Shown one piece after another: positions 54,951 to 64,000 of a stretch of DNA of 64,000 nucleotides. How positions within the stretch are numbered: position 1 is the first letter of the stretch; each line of letters opens with the position of its first letter. A program made the translations under genes and the position numbers. The notes below the pieces were generated by a model. It searched no databases. It saw only the letters and a list, made by a program, of their open reading frames with translations, and had not been told where the DNA came from. Origin of the DNA: Paramecium tetraurelia (Eukaryota); the NCBI GenBank assembly GCA_000165425.1, contig CT868025.1:62001-126000 (forward strand), read 5' to 3'.

Positions 54951-55160
54951 AATTTTTAAAATATTAATGTTACTAATATCAAATCAATTATCGATTTAAA
55001 AATATTCAATCACCCTTATATTAACACTATTTCAAATTTAAATATATTTAAGCATATTCATGAATTATTATTCTTTCAAACTTTCATATCTCAATGTTAT
55101 AAAGATGAGAACAAAAGTAAGTTAGATAGAATAAATATATGTATATAAAGTAATAATATA

Positions 55161-55674
55161 TCAATATCTTCTTGCAGGGGAAAAAGAAATTCTTTAAGAA
55201 AAGTTCATTCTCTAAGGTGACATCAAGTATATTCTTGCTTCTCTTTGTAAACTGTATCTTAAAATCTATGGCGGTCTTCCAGAGGAATAAACTCTCATTT
55301 ATTCTAGGCGAGGTTGCTTCTTAATTGAACTCCTGATTAGTGGATCAAATTTTAATGGACCTATCTGGAACCTTAAAAAGGGGCTTTAGTTTTTTGAATT
55401 GATGACATTAGTTTGATACTTATTTATTTTTATCAACAAAATTCAATTATGAAAATGCTAATTATCATGTTATGATACACTTTTCTTCATTTTCATGAGA
55501 TACTTTTTAAGGAGATTGCTCATCTTCCTAAGTCCTAAAATGCGCAGTACTATTTGATTCCTAGATATCTGCATGATAGTTGCTTAAGTCTTAAGATAAG
55601 GATAACAATTTATCTTTAATTTTAAAAATCTGTTCTCTTAATGATTATTGCTCGTTTGCATACAAAAGGGACAT
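55161..55674 (-). CDS. Hypothetical protein
   Basis: MSLLYANEQQSLREQIFKIKDKL start and ..SPQRMNFSQRISFSPARRY* end. The two halves do not join cleanly near 55440-55480 (intron or indel unresolved). Confidence 0.45.
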
Positions 55675-57338
55675 TAACGAATAATTTTATTTATAATATT
55701 AAATATTTTAACTAAATTTGTTATTTCAGAAAATAGATAAACTCCAACTTCTCAATTTAATATTGCGCTATGCCCTTTTACATATATCAAATTTTGATTA
55801 AACTCAACAAATTAGATAATTAATTAGTCTTTATAGAATGTCAATTGTAATTTGAATTTAAAGCTGTAAAATTGAAAATTACTATATTTATGCTTAAATA
55901 ACATCAATTAAATTAAGACTTTCTTTTCAAATTAATCTATAGATAATGGTATTCAAACAGCTAACTTATTATTTTATCTTTTAAAGAGTTCAGAATATTA
56001 AAGATAATATGTAATTTATGAGTATCAACAGGAATATTGATTTGAAACATTATTTTCTCTTTATTCTGCACTCAAATGCCATTCAATGAGAGGAGATATC
56101 AAAATCCCATATTCATTAGAAAATAGAATGAATCACTTCAATAGGTTAAAAATATTTTACAAACAATTAAAAAAAGTTCTTAAATATTTTTAATTACTAC
56201 TTTTATTATTTATTACAATCTAAAATCAAGGACATATTTATAGCTGATTTATTTACCCAAATTCAAATAATTTAAATCTGTGGTGGTGGTCATAAGAATT
56301 AGGTAAAATCAATAGATTAGTTTATTATGAAATTATTTATGAATTCATAGTCTAGAGCATTATTACTGTATTTTTGAATACACAAGCTCATATTATTCTA
56401 TCATAATCGTAATTGGATAGACCTAAAGAATCTTAATAAATATATTCCTTTATCCTATCATACGCCTGCTCTCTTAATAATCAGCTTGCCATCAATTTAC
56501 CATTATATTATTACCAAACTTTTATATTATTTATCAATTCTTTTTGTTTAATATATGAAAGCGATTAATATTATTAAAATATATTAACAAAAAATTGAGT
56601 ATATTTTTAACCTTGCAATAATTACTATTATTATTCTAATAAATTGTTTATAACAATCTCAATTCACTAATTCGATATCTGTTGTTTAATTTATGGTCTT
56701 TAAAATATCTCCAATGTTATCTTATTTCATCCCAATTCATTAATCGTTTCTTTTTATAATTTTATATTAATTATTTAAATTTCAGTGTAAGGATACTTTT
56801 AGATATTAGTCTACAATAACCAATCAATCTTGTTCGAAATTTTTTTACAATCAAATTCATCTATCCCTTTTATGATTCATTTAATATTATCGTTCAAATA
56901 ATTGCAATGAGCTTATATAGATAAATAATTATTAAATGATATCTTGAGATATTAATTGAGATATAATACAGATATTTCTTATCTCAAAAAATAGTAATAA
57001 TTTGATAATTTAAAAATTTTATGCCTGTTATATAATTTAAGCAAGCAAACATTCTCAAAATTTCGAGATTGATTGAACAAAATATTAATGAATTTATGAA
57101 TAAAGGGGATTCAAGGAATAAATTAATACGATTGAGATCAAATGTTAATTGGAATAGGATTGAGATGCTAAATTAAAGAGGATGAGAATTGACGAGAAAG
57201 TTCTGGTAGGATTTGAAGTGGAGAACAACAATAATGCATTGGTAGAAAAGGAATTTAATAGGAAATGTAAGTTGTGAAAAATTTGAAAATAAATTTACTA
57301 ACAAAATTTATATTTTTCATTCAAATTAATACAATTAC

Positions 57339-59216
57339 ATGAAATAGAAGCATTGTGTGGAGGAGTGTTGCGACAAAGGTATAATGATTGATGACAAGTG
57401 TAAGTGCGACATAGGATCGTTTGGAGATGATTGTTTTCTAAATTTGTAGGACATTTATATTGCCCCTTATTATACTTTTGTTGGGATCTATTGCGTCGCA
57501 TTCTTTTTGATATTCTTCATAACTATAAGACAATTTTAAACTTCTTTAAAGACTCAAAGAATTCCATCTTATTATACGTAATCTGATGTATGATATTTTA
57601 GTTGCTATTAATATGCATCTGCGTTGATTGGGTCCCCTCAGAATTACATCCTTGTGTTGACGATGGTGCTATCAACATGCAAACTGATCTGGTTGATTCT
57701 GGATCCTTTCGAAGTCTATGTAACTAAATTTAGTCATAAGACAAATAGAAAGGGAATACAACAGTCATTGAAAGACTATTAGCTGAAATCGTCTACACGA
57801 TACTGTTCTATATCTACGGTTGCCTATTGATTGTGTGGTATACGATGTATGATGAGATTTCCTTTAACATCTATCAAGGAGAATTAAAGAAGGAGAGGAA
57901 ATGGATTTTTACATACTACAAGGAGGCGCTGAAGATGCGATTGTTTATAGTGCTTTTGGTGTAGATAACCGTAAGCACGTTAAATGGTAAATTAGATAAT
58001 AATGAAAGGTTTGAGGAAAGGAGTGTAGTATCCAATCTTCTTAATGATATGTTACATATTTTTGATGGCCAACTTCTTTTTGTTCATAATCGAATTCATA
58101 ATCTACGGATCTTCATTGCAGACTTGCATAAAGGACTAGATCCTTATATGTCGATAGTAGTTTCGAATGCAATTGCAAGGATTGGATCAAGCTATGCCAT
58201 AACATGTGTAAAAGGATGAGAGCTTAAGTAAGTCTCCCGAGTCGGTTCAAAGAATTGTGAGAATGTCTAAGTAGGTGAGTATTGAAGAACAAAAGAATGA
58301 AATATAGGATGAAGTGAAATAGTTGGAGGAACCTAAATTAAAGATAGGGCAAACAAAAATAAAGTCAGTGTCGTTTGCACGTACATTTGTCAAAGGAATC
58401 AGGGGATCTTCGTTTTTCAGATAGGAGAGTTAGAAATAATTGAAATCCAACAAATCCAATAAGCCCAATCAATAGAATCAGGATTCAAATAGTGATTAAT
58501 CTGCAAAGGATTTGGATAATTAGTTTAATGAGGAGCCTGCTGATGCCGAAATTAATAGTTGTTGTTTGAATGAGAATTAGACCAATTCTATAATTTGGGA
58601 GAATAAGGAGGATAGACAAGCGTATCAGGAGACAGTGAAAATGTAAATCAAGGCAGTTAAGGAGACCAAGGATTCAGCTGATAAAAGAAGGGAAGCTTTA
58701 CAATAATAATATCATTTTTAAAGATAAAAAGAACGACATGATCAAAAAAAGTTGAGTTACTTAGGTAGTGGTAGTCAATTGGATTACAGAACATCAATTT
58801 ATTAGTAATCTGATGAGGATTAGGAGAAGTTTAATTTGAAATCAACTAATTTAGCCATTGATAGAAAAATATTGTATAAGATTTAGTTGCTGGTTTACTT
58901 TGGCATATTGTTGGAAATTCTATTTGGGGGGTTGAGTATAGCTGTGTTGATCACAGACTTAATTCGAGATCCCATTGGAGTGTTGGGTTACTTGTATGCA
59001 TCATCAACTTTGTAGTTCTTTTCCTTGATTACTGTGTTGAAATTGTTTGGAGACATCAAGAACCAAGAAATCAAGAATTTAATTTGGATTCAGAAGGTGG
59101 GAAATCAGAAGAACAAAATCAATTAGCAATATGTGTTTTCAATTCCTTAGGAGTAGAAGGATGATGCACAGAAACTGAAATTCGAACAAAGAATTAATAT
59201 GAATACTTTATATTGA
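57339..59216 (+). CDS. EGF-like plus multi-TM receptor-like protein (THH1/TOM1/GPR137-like) with a long cytoplasmic loop
   Basis: CVEECCDKG..KCKCDIGSFGDDC, about five TM helices (e.g. LLAEIVYTILFYIYGCLLIVW), a Q/E/K/S-rich loop at ~58130-58860, then two more TM helices. TGA at 59214-59216. Confidence 0.75.
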
Positions 59217-59223
59217 TATTATT

Positions 59224-59883
59224 ATGAAATAAGTGTATCTCTCATCTGATCAAATCATTTAACTTTTTTTTTGGGTCTGGAACACTGAAATACACAGAAG
59301 AAAATGAAGAGACCGAATCTGAGAGTGTAGTTCTGAGTAAGTTGCTGTTTTTCATTACATTTTTAGTCTCTTAATAAGAATACTAAATGTTACAAAAGCA
59401 ATTAGAAAGGAAAGTGGATATGAAAGAGCATTACAATGAGTAGATAAGCAATTTGAATGGGGAAATGCAAAAAGTATAGGAGGAAATGGATTTAATGAAT
59501 CAGTAAAGAGAATTGAGAATTTCTAGAGATTGTATGAGTTGATTAAATTAAAAGCTGTAATTCACAGTTTGAGATAACAGTTGCAAGAAGCCAATCAAGG
59601 AGAACACAGAACGATATTGGAATTGCCTAAATAAAATGAGTAGCAATTGTAATTAAAATAATAATTTCATTTCATATAGGAACAATCTAATGATCTAAAG
59701 AAGCTAAGCAAATTTGAATTAGACAAAAAAGATAAATAGATCGAATAACTTAAATAATCCATATATTTGTTGAATGTGGAAAATGATAAAATTAAACAAA
59801 ATAGGCTTGTTAAAAAAGAGATTACTTAAATATCATTGAAAAGTAATTGCAACGTCGTACTTAGAAAAAGAATTAATTAATGA
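59224..59883 (+). CDS. Hypothetical coiled-coil protein
   Basis: E/Q/K-rich heptads across three tiny introns; TGA at 59881-59883. The start requires a one-base correction in the T-run at 59264-59272. Confidence 0.55.
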
Positions 59884-59895
59884 TTACATAATTTA

Positions 59896-62800
59896 TCAAT
59901 GTTTAGAATCATTTATGTCCTAATTTGCTTTAGAAGGCCTCAAAAGATAAGAAAATCCAAACGATTACCTATATATAAAAAAAAGCACATTACTTATTCA
60001 CTCCAGAAGCACTAAAACGTAGATCAGTCTAAAGACGAGTTCTTCTTCGTTCTGAGCTTCTTTCAGTCTAAATAAGTTATATTATTTCCTCTTTCTTAGT
60101 TTCATCAAACAAAAAGAATGAACAAACACTTTCTGTTTAATAGGTATATGTCTAATTGATAAATGGAAATAGCAAAGGACCCTATATACCATCATTACAA
60201 TTAATATCAAATTAATCTTCATCCATTCTGATTTTCTTTTCCTATTTCACATCTGTCAGTCTTCCTTACAAAAGAATGCCTGCTTAAAAGGATACACTAG
60301 TATAGGATTAATACTTCTTGAATACAACAAAGGTTAGGATATTTTCAATGATCTCCCTATCAACAAGTGAGAATATCTGTAACTCTTTTGGATAGAACCT
60401 ACTTAAACTGAAAATGCTATCCCTCCATACAAAATCTTGCATGTACAGACTCTGTTTATAGAGAGATACCATCAGTTCAATTTCTATTTGAATAACTTCA
60501 ACCAAAGATGCTGCAACTACTGAGGAGATATACAAAGTTGATTCTAACACTATGTGATGGCATGATAGTAATTAACTGATATCTTTAGAAATTATATAGG
60601 TATTGCTTTGTGAACTTGTTTCGTTTACTCTACCTCTTGTTATGATATAGAAATATCTAGCCAAATCACCTTCTCTAAAGATGCATTCATCTTTATCAAA
60701 CAGGAGTTCTTTTGATTGTAATGCTAATTATTTAAGCAAGTCATCGTTAAATTCACTAAATAATGGGAGAACTTTTAGTTTACTATGAATGGATATTTAT
60801 GGCCAAATTGGTCTTACGTCTTCAACGTTACACACAAAATTATTTAATTGCAACTTCAGTTTCTAATATTACTGGAACTAAGAATATTAAGTATTTATTT
60901 CATTACATCTAACTCTCCCAATTCATATTTTCTCAATAGATACTTCCCTTAACTTGCCAGACACCCTTGGGCTGAGTTCTTGGTTTGAATCAATTTGATG
61001 ATTTCTGGAAAACTAACGTAAAAATATCCTTCTATAAAATTTTCAGCATTTACTCTATTTTCTTTGGATTCTTTGGACAATTTCTACTTCAAAACGGCAT
61101 TAATTGGAAATTCCTCTATCATATTTTCCATTTCTATTCTAATAGTTTAAAATTTACCTTCATGTGCTCTAGCATATGTCGAAATGACCTCATATCCAAT
61201 GGCAACCCAATCAAATAATAGATCACCAGAGAAGCTGCGAATAATTGGGAACTTGTTCAAATTATACAAGAATCTCATGTAGATGGGTGAATAGAAGACA
61301 TTATAAATGAAATCCCAAGAACACATCCTACCTTCAACAGTATCTAAATCCCATCGGACAGATTCAATTAATAAATTGTAAGCTTTACCTCCACATTAGT
61401 TTTATGAATACAGATCCCAATAGGTCTGTTTCAATGCCATCAAGAATCTATCCCTTGTTTCAATAATATCATCAGCATCAACATCATCGTCATTGAGGTT
61501 ATCGTGCAACCCTTTGCTCTTGAGTAACTTTTAAAAGCGTCCAATGATACTGGATTCCTTCTCTTTTTTATGCTTACTTTCTTCATCTAATTGTTTCTTA
61601 CTGAGTTTATCATCTTTTTATTGAATTTAAGCATCGGTTTCTGCTAATCCTGAAAAGTATTCCACCTTATTCCAATCTATGTTTTTATATTTATAATCCT
61701 CCTTCATCTGAGTTAATTTGAATTCGATCTACTCCTTCATCTCCTATAAAAAGTTCAATCTCACTTTGGCTCTATACTAAGCAGTAGTGCACAACCCAGT
61801 AAACTTGATGTACAACGGTATGGTTGAACCATTGATCAACATAGTTAGTATTACAATAAAAGTAGTATGAAATAGAAAAATGTCACTCCATTAATCACTG
61901 AAGGACGGTTCTTTGACTACGAGCAACGCTAACATCAATTGCACAGCACCTCTAGTACCACTATATGAAAATAGAATAGCCTCACTCATTTTGACTTATT
62001 ATCCATATAAATTGATAGTAGGTAAGAGTAGCAACACACTTATGAATTTGGATAAGAGTATGTATAAGTAAAGCAGGAGAGTATTAATGTAATCTTGTCT
62101 TCTTATATATGGACTGTTTTGATCGAATATCCTATATCCACAAGTTACTCCTGTAATGATAAAGATGATGGTCTCATTTGCAAATTGAGTGTATTACCAG
62201 AAGATTTGCAATGGATGTTCTACTTCTGTTCTTATTCTGATTTTTGAAAACGCAGACATAAACAACCCTAAGGATATGACTGCAACCAATCCATTTTTTT
62301 TAAATCCCAAATCTACAGATTCAGCCACAAAGTATGTTACATAGGCTGATACTATTGTGAGATTGATAGTTAATATAGAATTGTGGTTCACTCTTCTTAT
62401 CCACCAAACAGTAAAGAGTCCAAACATGACACCAACAAATGCTCCCCCCAATAGTAAAGATAACCCATATGACAATTCTACTGTAAGCAAATCACAATCG
62501 CCACTTGCACAATTCACTGCAATCAACATCAATACCATGGAGGCACAATTGTTGATTAGACTCTCACCCTGAACCAAAGATATGAATCTTTTTGGAGCTT
62601 CAGCGTTACTTAATAGTTTTACTACCTGAAGTGTGTCAGTGCATGTTACCACCACTCCAAATACAAATGCAAATCCCCAACTGTAGTATTCATCACTATA
62701 ATCCAGGAGCAATTTCAATCCCAAGCAAATTAGAGATGCTGAGATGAGGAGAGTGGGAATTGAGAGCATCAAGATTTGCATAATCTATTGCTTCATGATA

Positions 62801-63084
62801 TAAATATCTGCATTGAAGGCACTGCTGAACACTAAGGCTGGCAGCAACAATGCCATGTTAGAATTAGCATCTATATCAAAGGCTGCTTGAACAGTCCTAT
62901 GCAGTAAATGATTCTCTATTGAATTAAATTGAGATCCAATCAATATACCCACCACAAATACTGCAGCAGGATATGGAATCATAATCTTCTTTGTTATCTC
63001 ACTCACCAATCCTCCTATTGTTAAGGCGACGAAGATGAAAAAAATAACTATTGCTATCTATGCCACTTCCAAATGTTCTGACAT
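59896..63084 (-). CDS. CPA1 Na+/H+ exchanger, SOS1/NHX7-like, with C-terminal cyclic-nucleotide-binding-like domain(s)
   Basis: LLPALVFSSAF, TDTLQVVKLL, VQGESLINN, YSGTRGAVQLMLAL and TNMLINGST. CNBD-like IFREGDLARYFYIITRGRV at ~60630-60690. Confidence 0.92.
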
Positions 63085-63131
63085 CTAATTTTAAGAAATA
63101 TTATTGTTTAAATTTAATATACACATTTATA

Positions 63132-64000
63132 TCAGTTTTATTAATTAATTAATTTCAAACGCCATCCAAAAAGAATCACTATTAATGACCCCGCAGCTAC
63201 ATTTGCAATCCCCTTACAATTCTCCATAACCCACATTTCAATTCCTTATATCATGCTATTCGCAAATTCCCAATAATTCACATCCAAAAACTATTCAATT
63301 CCATTTTGATCTATCTGCCTATATACGTTAACCCAAAAATCGATTATTTAAACTTAAACAATTGCAGGCACTATCGGAATTAACGAATAAGTATTAATTG
63401 ACATCTCAAATATTTCTCTAGACCTCGTTCTATTCATATTAACCCCCTAACCCAAAGCGTACATCAATCCTAAATTAAAGTACACATGACCCTTCATTGC
63501 ATCTAACAATTAGCCATCCAATGCTTTTTTGTAATGCCGAAATGACTTTATGAAATCCACATCCTCATATTTTCCAATGTAATAATAATCACCAAGCTTC
63601 ATATGACAAATTGCTTCCCTCTCTTTAGCGCATTGTGTAAGGAACCTATATTATAATGCTCCATTTAATTAAAAACTATCTAGTTGTAATAAATCATAAA
63701 GAGTGGAGTAACTCACAAACTGTAAATAATCCGAATACAAATATTCAAATGCATCCTTGTTAGCAACACCTCTAATTTAATAAACAGGATCTTTATCGAG
63801 TCTACTTTGAACTTCACTAAAGTGTAGAGTATCATAATAAAAGGCATCATTCTATTCCATCACAACAGCTGCATTCTCTAAAAAGTATTAATTTGCATTT
63901 ACATATAGCCACATTAAATCCACTATATCCAGCTTCAAAATATTTAGACAATGATTAAACATATTATTCCTGTTAGAACAGATAGTTAGCTGTTTTTAGA
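63132..64000 (-). CDS. SEL1-repeat protein with a C-terminal TM anchor (SEL1L/Hrd3-like), 5' end outside the window
   Basis: MKLGDYYYIG..DFIKSFRHYKKA and HVYFNLGLMYALGQGVNMN, then TM IANVAAGSLIVILFGW; TGA at 63132-63134. Confidence 0.8.

Noticed and set aside
1..64000. Many short ORFs suggesting pseudogenes or widespread stop readthrough
   Set aside because: Artefact of the standard code. TAA/TAG sit in frame inside conserved proteins (IFT172, PMCA) and swap with CAA/CAG between paralogs, which is the known ciliate code 6.
1..64000. Telomeric repeats, retained IESs, tRNA/rRNA, CRISPR arrays
   Set aside because: No C4A2/C3A3 tracts or spaced repeats were seen, and no TA-bounded insertion was evident in the paralog comparison. 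IESs elsewhere cannot be excluded without MAC/MIC data.

Overview
AT-rich, gene-dense ciliate macronuclear DNA, most consistent with Paramecium. TAA/TAG read as Gln and only TGA is a stop. Introns are mostly 20-35 nt GT-AG, and intergenic gaps are often under 100 bp. The supplied standard-code ORF track therefore fragments every gene; the calls below come from re-reading by eye in translation table 6. The window is dominated by two ~11.5-kb fibrocystin-L/PKHD1L1-like surface-protein genes in inverted, head-to-head orientation (2367-13881 minus, 38059-49572 plus) around a ~24-kb spacer. Their central ~9 kb, including an intron, is almost identical. Their 5' ends, 3' ends and outer introns are clearly diverged, apart from a shared upstream motif. 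This pattern suggests gene conversion, a possibly invertible segment, or assembly cross-talk. Other genes: IFT172, KIF6-like kinesin, PMCA Ca2+ pump, SOS1-like Na+/H+ exchanger, DP/E2F-family factor, CEP57-like, SAXO-like, cold-shock, three RING proteins, LRR, PH, 7TM and SEL1-repeat proteins, plus two related MGC-start microproteins. No rRNA, tRNA, CRISPR, telomere or transposase was recognised. Exon boundaries and several start codons are approximate.
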